NCBI GenBank assembly: GCA_965215005.1 | Contig: CBDCCZ010000054.1 | Coordinates: forward strand, 96,001 to 160,000 | Reading direction: 5' to 3' | From: Kofleriaceae bacterium | GTDB lineage: Bacteria; Myxococcota_A; Polyangia; Haliangiales; Haliangiaceae | DNA length: 64,000 nt | Shown here: positions 1-8,927 of the stretch, in pieces | Numbering within the stretch: the stretch's first letter is position 1 | How the letters are laid out: the number at the start of each line of letters is the position of its first letter | Notes under the pieces: model-generated | The model's input: only the letters and a program-made list of their open reading frames with translations | Told to the model about the DNA's origin: nothing | Database searches by the model: none | Program-made: the position numbers and the translations under genes

Positions 1-1786
1 GTGGTTTCGCCTCGAGCTCGGGGTGGTCATTGCTGGCCGTACCGTGTCGCTGCTGCCTATTTTGCTCGACGCGATTGCCAACGGCGAGCTGCCTTTGGAC
101 CATCCGCTTATCGGCACCGTGGCGCTCGCGGGAAAGAATCTGCGCTTGCCCGATGGCGAGCTGGTTCACATTTCGGGAGAACGACTCGAGCGGTGGCTGC
201 GACCGCTGATCGAGCTCCAGCTGCGAGGCCTCGAGAAAGGTAATCTAGAGGTTCCGGCGCTGATTGCCGCGCAGCTGGTTGAGAACGACAGCGCCGGGCG
301 CTTCTCGCATGCGGCGGAGCTCGCGCAAGCACGCGCTCGGCTCGAGCAAATGGTGTCGCTGTCGGCGGCGCAAGAGCCAGGTTCGTTTGCCGGCACGCTG
401 CGCGACTATCAGCGCCGGGGACTGGCGTGGCTACGACTCTTGCATGATAGCGGCTATGGTGGCCTCCTCGCCGATGAGATGGGCCTTGGCAAGACAGTCC
501 AGGTGCTTGCCTTTCTCGAGTCGCTACGCGCCGATGGCAAGCTGAGCTCTCCGGCGCTCGTCATCGCGCCGCGCAGCGTAGTTGGCCACTGGCGCGCCGA
601 AGCGCAGCGGTTTGCCGCTTCACTGGCGCCCGTGCTTCATCTAGGACCGGGACGCGCGCGAGATGCTGAGGCGCTGGCGACGGCGTCTGTCGTGGTGACT
701 TCCTACCAAACCATGTTGCGCGACGGCGAGATGCTGGCCGGGCTGAAGTGGTCGACGCTCATCTTTGATGAGATGCAGGCGCTAAAAAACCCAAAGACTC
801 GCCTGCGCAAGGTGGCGGCTTCGCTGCGCGCTGGCAGTCGGATTGGAATCACCGGCACGCCAATCGAAAATCGTCTGCGCGAGTTATGGTCGCAGCTCGA
901 TGTGGTGATGCCGGGGCTGCTCGGACGCAAGGCGACCTTCGAAGCGGTGTTTGGCCGCCCGGTGGAGAAGCACGCCGACAGCCGAGTGCTGGCGCTACTG
1001 CGGCAGCGCATTCGCCCGTTTCTGCTGCGGCGCACTAAGCGAAGTGTCGAGCTCGAGTTGCCAGACAAGGTCGAGCTAATCGAGCGGGTCGAGCTCGGGG
1101 CTCGTCAACGGGACTACTATGAGAGCTTGCGCGCCAGTCTGGACGAGGACGTGCGCAGAGCGCTGCATAGCAAGGGGATCCAAGGCTCCTCGCTCATGAT
1201 CCTGGACGCTCTGCTCAAGCTGCGCCAATGCTGCTGTGATCCGCGCTTGGTGAAGATGCCGCAAGCACCTGCCATACGAGAATCGGCGAAGCTCGAGCGA
1301 CTCATGAGCATGCTCGAGGAGCTCGCTGATAGCGGCCGCTTCGTGCTGGTGTTCTCGCAGTTCACGACCATGCTGCGGTTGATTGCCCGCGCATGCGATG
1401 CCGCCAAGCTGGCGTATCTCGAGCTCACAGGAGCAAGCCGCGACCGCGACGAGGTGGTTCGTCGCTTCCAAGCAGGCGCCGCACCGGTGCTGCTGGTGAG
1501 CCTCAAAGCCGGTGGTCTCGGTCTCAATCTCACGCGCGCCGATACCGTGATTCACTACGATCCTTGGTGGAATCCGGCGGCGGAGGATCAGGCCACCGAT
1601 CGCGCGCATCGCATTGGCCAGACGCGGCGCGTCTTCGTGTATCGGCTAGTCGCAACCGGCACCTTGGAGGAGCGCATCGTGGAGCTGCAGGAGCAAAAGC
1701 GAGCTCTCATGAACGCGGCGCTCGCGGGCGGCGCCGGAGCGATTGACGCTAGCGACCTCGAGGCGCTCTACCGGGTGTTGATTTGA
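1..1786 (+). CDS. SNF2-family helicase/ATPase, 5' end probably outside the window
   Basis: LRDYQ Q-motif, ADEMGLGKT Walker A, DEMQ Walker B, TGTPIENRL, LVFSQF, GLGLNL and WWNPAAEDQATDRAHRIGQ motifs; frame is open to the window edge. Confidence 0.93.
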   Translation, partial: WFRLELGVVIAGRTVSLLPILLDAIANGELPLDHPLIGTVALAGKNLRLPDGELVHISGERLERWLRPLIELQLRGLEKGNLEVPALIAAQLVENDSAGRFSHAAELAQARARLEQMVSLSAAQEPGSFAGTLRDYQRRGLAWLRLLHDSGYGGLLADEMGLGKTVQVLAFLESLRADGKLSSPALVIAPRSVVGHWRAEAQRFAASLAPVLHLGPGRARDAEALATASVVVTSYQTMLRDGEMLAGLKWSTLIFDEMQALKNPKTRLRKVAASLRAGSRIGITGTPIENRLRELWSQLDVVMPGLLGRKATFEAVFGRPVEKHADSRVLALLRQRIRPFLLRRTKRSVELELPDKVELIERVELGARQRDYYESLRASLDEDVRRALHSKGIQGSSLMILDALLKLRQCCCDPRLVKMPQAPAIRESAKLERLMSMLEELADSGRFVLVFSQFTTMLRLIARACDAAKLAYLELTGASRDRDEVVRRFQAGAAPVLLVSLKAGGLGLNLTRADTVIHYDPWWNPAAEDQATDRAHRIGQTRRVFVYRLVATGTLEERIVELQEQKRALMNAALAGGAGAIDASDLEALYRVLI

Positions 1787-1811
1787 GTGAGATGCCGGCC
1801 CACTACCTCGA

Positions 1812-2447
1812 CTACCGCCGCTGCGTAGCGAGCCAGCCGATTGCCATCGCCACCAGCGCTTCGCCAAACGCCTCTGCATCGATATGACTGGGCTGATCGC
1901 GGCCGTAGCAGAGAGTGCCGTAGCGAACGGTGCGGACCAACGTGAAGGCCGCCATGTCCGGATCTGCAAGCGTTGGCTCCCTGACCCGAAGAAACCCAGT
2001 GAGCGCCGCAGTGGCCAACCGGTCGATCTCGGTACTCACCTCCAGCGCATCGGTGGTCGGCGCATGGAGAAGGAACGAGCGGACCAGCTCGGGTTCATCA
2101 TGTGAACGGCGCATCATGTAGCGAACCGCCTCGCGAATTGCCTGCTCGGTCGTCGTGGACTCCGTCAATAGCGACAGAATGACCTGTCCGTCCTGTTGGA
2201 GGCGTCTGCGAGCCGCCTCGGCCAAGAGGGCATCCTTGTCTTCGAAGTACTCGTAGAGGCTGGCAATCCCAGTTCCGGCGACCTTGGCGATTCGGTTGGT
2301 GGAGGTGCCGGCGTAGCCGTACTGTGCCAGGCAGCGCTCCGTGCTCTCTACGAGCGCGTCGATGGTGGCCCGCGCTCGATCTTGTCGCGGTAGCCGCCGG
2401 CGACCGGATTTGACGTTCTTGGGCTCGGTCTTGGTCTTTCGCGCCAC
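1812..2447 (-). CDS. TetR/AcrR-family transcriptional regulator
   Basis: RRLPRQDRARATIDAL...GYAGTSTNRIAKVAGTGIASLYEYFEDKDAL HTH; GTG start at 2447 inferred (ORF open to 2612). Confidence 0.88.
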   Translation of the reverse strand: MARKTKTEPKNVKSGRRRLPRQDRARATIDALVESTERCLAQYGYAGTSTNRIAKVAGTGIASLYEYFEDKDALLAEAARRRLQQDGQVILSLLTESTTTEQAIREAVRYMMRRSHDEPELVRSFLLHAPTTDALEVSTEIDRLATAALTGFLRVREPTLADPDMAAFTLVRTVRYGTLCYGRDQPSHIDAEAFGEALVAMAIGWLATQRR

Positions 2448-2792
2448 GTGAGTAACTAGCGTAGCGGGTGCAGCGAGCGGCAACAATCGCGTGTTGAATA
2501 GTCGTGGTGTTTTTGTAGTGTGACTTGATACGTCTGAAAAATCTGCTGCGGTGATAGCTGTAGCGTGAGCTACGTGCACATTACTGCGCGACGAGCTGCT
2601 CGGATTTTGCAATCCGCGCAGAGCCCGCCAATCCGTTCGCTAACGTCCCAGATGCCGCGGTGCGCTCGGATCTGAAGTGGGAGCTGCGAGCAAAGAAACC
2701 TGCGTGTTACTTTGGATGCACGGGTTGCCGGCTGTGGGATGGCCAAGCGCGACCTGATTACCGGACCTCAGCGGTCCAGGAAAGGGATATCT

Positions 2793-4730
2793 ATGTCCAC
2801 GAAGTTCGTGTTGATCATGACACTGTGCATGGCAGCGGCATGCGCAATGCCGGAAGATGATGGTGAGGGAGTGCTGCTGGCGCAGGCAGCTTCCTGTGCC
2901 ACTACCAAGTACGACGCCCGAAACGACTTCTCCCATGGTGTTGGCGCGGACGCTGGCGATGGCTGGAACATCTTCACCAATGGCTCGATCTGGCGTGATC
3001 ACGCCTTCTCGGGCGAATCGACGATCAGAGTACGAGCCCGAGGTGAGCGCGCGGGCGGCGCATGGCCACGCATGCGAGTGTCCGTTGGTGGAACCAATCT
3101 GGGGGAGCGCGTGGTGTCATCTGCCAAGTTTGCGACGTATAGCTTTGATACGTCGGGAATTCGGGGCAGTAAGAGGATTCGTATCGAGTTTCTGAATGAC
3201 TATGTTGGCGGCGGAAACGACCGCAACCTCATCGTGAAACATGCATCTCTGGTGTGCACGGGCTGTCAGCCCACGACCTACGACGCGCGCACCGACTTGC
3301 GCCACTCGACGGGTGGCGACGCGGGCGACGGATGGAACTTGTGGACCAACGGTCGCGTTTGGACCGAGCACAGCTTCGCTGGCGAGCGTCGCGTGGTGGT
3401 GCGGGCACGCGGCGACTACGCGGGCGGCGCGTGGCCGCGCATGCGCTTGGTCGTCGCAGGACAAACGATTGGCGAGGTCAACGTGAATTCGTCAGATTAC
3501 AAAAACTACGCGTTCACGATTCCGGCTCGGACGAATAACGCGGAGCTGGCGGTGAGGTTTCTGAATGACTACGTGTCGTCGGATGGCGACCGCAACCTCT
3601 ACATTGCCACGGTCAAAGTGACGTGTGACGGCGGAGGCGGTGACGGCGGCGGCGGTGATGGCGGCGGCGGTGACGGCGGCGGCGGTGATGGCGGCGGCGT
3701 GTGCCCCAAGATCGCTGAGCTGCCGCGGTTGCGCGGCGTCAATCTCTCGGGCGCCGAGCACGCTTCGGGCAATCTCCCCGGATGCCACGACGATCAAAAC
3801 GGCAATTGCTACTACTGGCCGGAGAATCGCGAGGTTGATTATTGGAAAGAGAAAGGCGCCACGATGTTGCGCCTACCGATTCTTTGGGAGCGGCTGCAGC
3901 CCACCGCCGGTGGCGGGTTCGATGCCTTCAATCGCGACAACCTAGATCGGCTGGTCAAGCGCATTACAGACAAAGGCATGTACGTGCTCATCGATGTGCA
4001 CAACTACGGCAGCTACCGCGGCAACGCGGTGGACTCCGACGCTGAGCGGCGCAACTTTCGCGATCTTTGGAAGCGCCTTGCCAACCGATATGGTGACAAC
4101 TGTCGGGTGATCTTCGGGCTCATGAATGAGCCTGTTTCGTGCGGTGGCAACTGCACGTTGCGGATGATGAATGCGGCGATTGCGGGCATCCGCAACGATG
4201 CTGGCAAGTCCAATCCGATCTTCGTCACGGGACTCGGCTATTCGGGTGGTCACGAATGGGACAATCCGTGGTGGGATACTCGCTTTGGCGGCCCTGGGGA
4301 GACCACAGCTTCGATCCTCGATGATGGCGTGCAGGATCCGCTGGATAACTTCGCGATCGAGGTCCATCAATACGTCGACGATCAGCACAGTGGTAGTAAC
4401 TCCTCCTGCTCTGATGACAAAAGCGGTCGACGCAACCTCACTCGACCCACCGAGTGGGCTCGTGAGCATGGCTATAAGCTGTTTCTCGGCGAGTATGCGT
4501 CGAACGCCAACAGTGCTTGCTATGACGCGGCCAACACGATGATCGACTACACCGACGCCAACACGGATGTGTGGCTTGGCTGGACGTATTGGGCTGGCGG
4601 CAGCGCGTGGGGCTGTTACGCTGATGGCAGCTACGATCCGCAAGCGCTGGTATCCCCGCACTGCGGCCCCGGCGGCTGGGGCGATAGGCCCAGCACCAAC
4701 AACGTGCTCGAGCGCCAGGGACTGCGTTAG
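2793..4730 (+). CDS. Secreted/lipoprotein GH5 endoglucanase with two N-terminal CBM60-like modules
   Basis: Purine-rich RBS before ATG 2793; signal peptide ending MAAAC; two repeats of VRARG..AGGAWPRMR..V...FLNDY...DRNL; (GGGGD)n linker; GH5 motifs GVNLSGAE, RLPILWERLQP, DVHNY, MNEP (acid/base), EVHQY, LGEY (nucleophile), WTYWAGG. Confidence 0.88.
   Translation: MSTKFVLIMTLCMAAACAMPEDDGEGVLLAQAASCATTKYDARNDFSHGVGADAGDGWNIFTNGSIWRDHAFSGESTIRVRARGERAGGAWPRMRVSVGGTNLGERVVSSAKFATYSFDTSGIRGSKRIRIEFLNDYVGGGNDRNLIVKHASLVCTGCQPTTYDARTDLRHSTGGDAGDGWNLWTNGRVWTEHSFAGERRVVVRARGDYAGGAWPRMRLVVAGQTIGEVNVNSSDYKNYAFTIPARTNNAELAVRFLNDYVSSDGDRNLYIATVKVTCDGGGGDGGGGDGGGGDGGGGDGGGVCPKIAELPRLRGVNLSGAEHASGNLPGCHDDQNGNCYYWPENREVDYWKEKGATMLRLPILWERLQPTAGGGFDAFNRDNLDRLVKRITDKGMYVLIDVHNYGSYRGNAVDSDAERRNFRDLWKRLANRYGDNCRVIFGLMNEPVSCGGNCTLRMMNAAIAGIRNDAGKSNPIFVTGLGYSGGHEWDNPWWDTRFGGPGETTASILDDGVQDPLDNFAIEVHQYVDDQHSGSNSSCSDDKSGRRNLTRPTEWAREHGYKLFLGEYASNANSACYDAANTMIDYTDANTDVWLGWTYWAGGSAWGCYADGSYDPQALVSPHCGPGGWGDRPSTNNVLERQGLR
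3627..3699 (+). repeat. 15-bp tandem repeat (gayggcggcggcggt, 4-5 units) encoding the Gly/Asp linker
   Basis: Direct reading; encodes DGGGGDGGGGDGGGGDGGGGDGGG. Confidence 0.9.
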
Positions 4731-4755
4731 TCGCTCCCCTGGCTAACACCGACGG

Positions 4756-4908
4756 CTAGTACGACGCCGCGGGATTGATGACGCAGAAATCCGCCGCCCC
4801 GATGCGGGGCAAGGGCGGCAGATTTCTGCTACTCACGTGCCCCCTTCGGCGTCTCCCTCATCGACCGTTGCTTTCTAGTGGTTCACGACTTCCGCCGTGA
4901 ACCACTAG
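4756..4908. repeat. Dispersed intergenic element, copy 1 (module A 4756-4878 plus hairpin module B 4875-4908), CTAG-bounded
   Basis: Homologous to 32537-32642, 33093-33132, 57587-57620 and 61856-61946; perfect stem ctagtggttcacg/cgtgaaccactag. Confidence 0.85.
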
Positions 4909-4950
4909 CAGCCGTCGCGTGCCTGTTCGGGCATCCCATGACGGAAGAGG

Positions 4951-4996
4951 CGAGCAGCGATTCGACGCTGCTCGCCATCTTCGTCGCCTCGACTAC
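4951..4996. terminator. GC-rich hairpin (possible terminator or RNA structure)
   Basis: ggcgagcagcg-attcga-cgctgctcgcc stem extended by gaaga/tcttc; no clear U-tract. Confidence 0.35.
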
Positions 4997-5287
4997 TCCT
5001 CCGCTCGTCTTTCCCTTCGGTGGCCTTCTCTCCGCGGCTGTTGGTGCCTGATTGCTTCGCGTCGAAGGTGCGGATGCGAGCGCCAGCAGAGGAGCAAAGG
5101 TTCTGATTTTTCAGGCTCAGCCGGAGAAGTAGTAAGCTACATCTCGTCAGTAACGCCGTTCTTCGGCGGCTGGAAATGTTTCTTGCAGTACGGTTAGCGG
5201 CGCACTATATGTCCGAGGCCGACATGGTCGGACATCACAGTGATGTTCCTCAACGTCGGTGTGCATCACCACGACGAGGAGTCGTTC

Positions 5288-6565
5288 ATGACCGAGCCGC
5301 CAATCAGCCGTGCCGTTGCGTCCCGTGGCACAGCCGCAAGCAGCGATCATCGCCACCCGCAAGCAGCCATCAGTCGCGTTGGTCGGCTGCCCGCACTGGG
5401 ACTTCTGGCGTGTGTGTTGGCAGCGAGCGGCTGTGCCATGGAGCCAGCGTCGCCGTATGCCTTCGATAGTCTCGATGAAGAGCTCACTGCAGGGCAGATT
5501 CGCGGTGGCGATCTCGCCGCGCGCACGTTGAGCCTCACGTTCGATGATGGCCCCGGTCCAAGAACCGCCGAGCTCGCCCGTTACCTCGCGGCAGAAGGCA
5601 TTCGCGCGACCTTCTTCATGGTTGGCAAGAATGCCCGTGGCCAGGAGGCACTGCTCGAGGAGGTGCAGAGCCTCGGTCATCTCGTGGCAAATCACAGCTT
5701 CAATCACGAGGACATGCGCGCGGTCGCCGCTCCGGTGAGCGAAATCAGCGACACTCATGACGTCATCGCGCCGTGGGTGTCGGGCTCGGCGTTTCTGTTC
5801 AGAGCGCCGTACGGCGCATGGAACGCCGCCGTTGCGGCCTTGTTGAATCAACGCGGGTTCGACTACTACGTCGGTCCCATCTTCTGGGACATCGGCGGCG
5901 AGATGACCAGCCGCTACGCCGCCGACTGGGCCTGTTGGAACGCCGGCCGAAGCGCCGAGAGCTGCGGCCAGAGTTACTTAAATGAGATCCACGATCGCGG
6001 TCGCGGCATCGTCCTTGCGCACGATACCCACAGCCGCACCATCGACATGGTCAAGTGGCTGGTTCCCCGGCTCAAGGCAGAGGGCTACGAGTTCGTGCGC
6101 GTGGATGAGGTTCCCGCGATCGCGGCAGCAGTGACCGCGGCCGGCGGTGAGCCAGGCGTCGGCGCAGGTGACGAAGAAGGCCAGATTCTTGGCCCGATCG
6201 AATGCCCCGCGGGTTATTCGTTGATCGACATCGGTAGCCAGGGTGGCAAGCTTTGTGTCGACGGCACCAACGCCTGGGGTCCGTTTACGCAGGGAATGGT
6301 CGACCAGTGTCGGGCGTGGGGCGGCGGCGATGCATGTCAAACCGATCGCTGGGGCCAACGACTGGCGATTTCCGCCCGCGGTGATGGCTTGTGCCCACGA
6401 GGCGCCTCGTTCGACAGCGAGACTCGTTACTGCCAAGAAGCGGGCAACGCCTTCGGTCCGTTCCCCGCGGAGCTCGTTGCTCGCTGCATCCGCTACGGCG
6501 GTGGCGAGACCACGTGCCGCTCCGCCCGGTGGAATCGCAACTTCCTCGCCGCTCTTCTGCGTTAG
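5288..6565 (+). CDS. Polysaccharide (CE4/NodB) deacetylase lipoprotein with C-terminal Cys-rich repeats
   Basis: LTFDDGP, ATFF, NHSFNH, FRAPYG and IVLAHD motifs; lipobox-like ASGC; two C..G.NA(W/F)GPF...V..C...GGG..C...RW repeats; start uncertain. Confidence 0.88.
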   Translation: MTEPPISRAVASRGTAASSDHRHPQAAISRVGRLPALGLLACVLAASGCAMEPASPYAFDSLDEELTAGQIRGGDLAARTLSLTFDDGPGPRTAELARYLAAEGIRATFFMVGKNARGQEALLEEVQSLGHLVANHSFNHEDMRAVAAPVSEISDTHDVIAPWVSGSAFLFRAPYGAWNAAVAALLNQRGFDYYVGPIFWDIGGEMTSRYAADWACWNAGRSAESCGQSYLNEIHDRGRGIVLAHDTHSRTIDMVKWLVPRLKAEGYEFVRVDEVPAIAAAVTAAGGEPGVGAGDEEGQILGPIECPAGYSLIDIGSQGGKLCVDGTNAWGPFTQGMVDQCRAWGGGDACQTDRWGQRLAISARGDGLCPRGASFDSETRYCQEAGNAFGPFPAELVARCIRYGGGETTCRSARWNRNFLAALLR

Positions 6566-6591
6566 CCCAACTGCACTCTCGAGCGAGTCCT

Positions 6592-7335
6592 ATGCATAGT
6601 CCCGCCAGCCGCCATACGTCCGACGCGTTCGAGCTCGTCTCGACCAGCGGTGAATACGATCTCGTCATCACCTGCGAGCACGCCTCGGAGCGGATGCCGG
6701 CGCCGTGGCAATGGCCGGCGGCCGACCGCTGGCTGGTGGGGACTCACTGGGCCTGGGATATCGGTGCTGAGCAGCTCGCGCGTGAGCTCAACGCCGAGCT
6801 CGGCGGCACGTTGGTGTTGTCGCGCTTCACACGTTTGCTCATCGACCCCAACCGCCCACTCGACGCTTCAACGCTGTTTCGCGCGGTGGCGGAGGGGCGC
6901 CAGGTCGAGCTCAACCGCGACCTCGACGAGCACGAACGCAATCGGCGAATCGAGCGCCTGTGGACGCCATATCATGAGGCAGTGGATGCAGCGGTAGGTG
7001 CTTGCCGCGCGCCGCTGCTGCTATCGATCCACACGTTCACTCCGATCTATGAAGGTTCGCGCCGTGAGCTCGAGGTTGGAGTGCTTTTCGATCGCGCCGA
7101 AGAGCCGTCGGCAAGCTTGGCGGCTGCGCTATCGGCGCATGGGATCGCCACCGAGCTCAACGAGCCATGGAGCGGGAAGGACGGGCTGATCTACGCGGTC
7201 GAGCGGCACGCGAACGCGCATGGGCGGATGCCGCTCGAGCTCGAGGTCAGGCAGGATTTGGCGGTGGAGGAAGTGTTCCGCGAGCGCCTCGTTGCGGCGC
7301 TCACGTCATGGCTTCGGGCTCGGCTGAGCGCTTAG
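6592..7335 (+). CDS. N-formylglutamate amidohydrolase family protein
   Basis: ITCEHAS, HWAWDIGA, SRFTRLLIDPNR, PYH, SIHTFTP, NEPW, LELEVRQDL. Confidence 0.88.
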   Translation: MHSPASRHTSDAFELVSTSGEYDLVITCEHASERMPAPWQWPAADRWLVGTHWAWDIGAEQLARELNAELGGTLVLSRFTRLLIDPNRPLDASTLFRAVAEGRQVELNRDLDEHERNRRIERLWTPYHEAVDAAVGACRAPLLLSIHTFTPIYEGSRRELEVGVLFDRAEEPSASLAAALSAHGIATELNEPWSGKDGLIYAVERHANAHGRMPLELEVRQDLAVEEVFRERLVAALTSWLRARLSA

Positions 7336-8663
7336 AGAAAGTCGATGCAGGCGAGGCGATCGCTGCCCATGGCGGCGTGAATGACCAGCGACTGCGCCCA
7401 AGCGCGCGCCAAGTGAGGCACCTGCACGCTGTCGCTTGCCGTACCGTCAGCCGCGGTGTCGAGCATTAGCCATATCTCATTGGCCTGCACGACCTCGGCG
7501 ACGCTTTGGTCGATCTTGTAGTGACCACCACCGTCACCGACGCTGCACGGCCGCTCATGAACGTGCACCATGTAGCTAGCGTTGGCCGCCAGGCCCGATG
7601 CCGAGAGCTCGACGTTCGTCGAGCCAGCAATCGTTCGCTCCATCGAAGCAGTGGCCATCAACTGGCCGAGACCCGCGGCCGTGGCGGCCTCGAGCACCAC
7701 CGCGGTTCCTTGCGTGGTAACCGTCGGATAGCTGTCGCGGGTGAGGTCGGCGCAGGCGACTTTGGGCGCCATCATCGGCGCCACGACGCGATGGATGACC
7801 ACACTTTGAGCATCCGCCCGCGCGACGTGCGGCGAGTTCAGCACCTGGTTCGTCGCACCGGTCGCGTCGAGCGTCACCACGGGCCACAGCTCATTTTCCT
7901 CGACAGTATCTTCGATGAGCGGGTCGATCTTATAGTGGCCGCCGGCGTCGTTAACGCTGCAAGGCAGCGCATGCACGTGGGCCATGTACTCGAGCGCGGG
8001 ATCCAGGCCGGTCGCCGCGAGTGTTACTTGCGTACCACTGGCGGTAACGGTCATCTGCGCCGAGCCCGCGATGGTTTGGTCGCCGGCTTCGGCTCCGGCA
8101 AAGGGTGCCAAGGTGCCAGCGGCGGAAAATGCGGTGCTATCGATCAAGTCGGCGCACGCCATCTTCTCCATGGTCATCGGTTCGTGGACCACCACTGACA
8201 TCGCATCTCCGCGCACGCGATGAGCAGCGCTGACCTCGGCTTGGCCGACGCCATCGGCGTCTGTGGTGAACCCAGGCCAAATCTCATTGCTCTCGACGGT
8301 GTCTTCGACGATCGGGCTGATCTTGTAATGCCCGCCGCCGTTTGCCGAACACGGCAATGCGTGCAGGTGGACGCCATACTTGACGTTGGCAGTGAGCCCG
8401 ACGACCTGCACTTGCACGATGCTGCTGCCATCGGTGTTGCGCACCAGCTCGGCAACGCCGTCGATGCCAACTCCCTGCGGATAGCCCGGCAGGGCAGCGA
8501 ATCGACCCGTTGCCACGGATTCGACAGCGACTGGCTGACCGCCGCCCATGGGGGTGCCACCACCTCCGGGCGCCGATTCGCCTACTTCACAAGCGACGGT
8601 CATGAGCGACAGCGACAGCCCGGCTGTAGCTGCCCAGAAACGAAGCGTTAATCGAGTCGACAT
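7332..8663 (-). CDS. Lipoprotein with three tandem SodC-like (Cu-only type) superoxide dismutase domains
   Basis: GGAGG RBS; lipobox TVAC; three repeats of HxH..PC...GGHYKI...NE(I/L)W...S(V/L)V(V/I)H...(K/R)xAC. Confidence 0.8.
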   Translation of the reverse strand: MSTRLTLRFWAATAGLSLSLMTVACEVGESAPGGGGTPMGGGQPVAVESVATGRFAALPGYPQGVGIDGVAELVRNTDGSSIVQVQVVGLTANVKYGVHLHALPCSANGGGHYKISPIVEDTVESNEIWPGFTTDADGVGQAEVSAAHRVRGDAMSVVVHEPMTMEKMACADLIDSTAFSAAGTLAPFAGAEAGDQTIAGSAQMTVTASGTQVTLAATGLDPALEYMAHVHALPCSVNDAGGHYKIDPLIEDTVEENELWPVVTLDATGATNQVLNSPHVARADAQSVVIHRVVAPMMAPKVACADLTRDSYPTVTTQGTAVVLEAATAAGLGQLMATASMERTIAGSTNVELSASGLAANASYMVHVHERPCSVGDGGGHYKIDQSVAEVVQANEIWLMLDTAADGTASDSVQVPHLARAWAQSLVIHAAMGSDRLACIDFL

Positions 8664-8888
8664 ATCCACCTCCCCCGCGCCAAGCGGGCGAGGGGCCGTA
8701 CTGCAACGGAAGTGCCGCGGCACGTAGACGCTCACCCGAGACGGCTGAGCGTGAGACGCAAGCGTTTGTACGACTACGACCTTTACTTGGCGTAAACGCC
8801 CACCCGGGGCTGGGCGTCACCGATCGGGAAGTACAGACACCGGCAGCGGAGCAGCCGGTCGTGCAGGCGCAGCTGCGTGCGCCGGCCG

Positions 8889-8909
8889 ACGTGCGAAGAC
8901 TTCGCACGT
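8889..8909 (-). terminator. Hairpin just downstream of ectAB
   Basis: acgtgcgaag-a-cttcgcacgt inverted repeat about 20 bp past the stop. Confidence 0.4.
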
Positions 8910-8927
8910 GCCCGCGCGCGTGTCATC

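Noticed and set aside
1..1786. SNF2 helicase as part of a defence island
   Set aside because: No methylase, nuclease or other defence partner is visible downstream; upstream context lies outside the window
3627..3699. Short tandem repeats (also about 46200-46260, 55330-55385, 63630-63950) as a possible CRISPR array
   Set aside because: In-frame coding linkers or Cys repeats without unique spacers; no cas genes
4830..4870. Glycine-riboswitch-like string GGGAGACGCCGAAGGGGGCA (minus strand; also in the 32537 and 61856 copies)
   Set aside because: Lacks the P2 stem and the CTCTCAGG 3' strand, points at gene 3' ends, and there are no glycine genes; it is part of repeat module A
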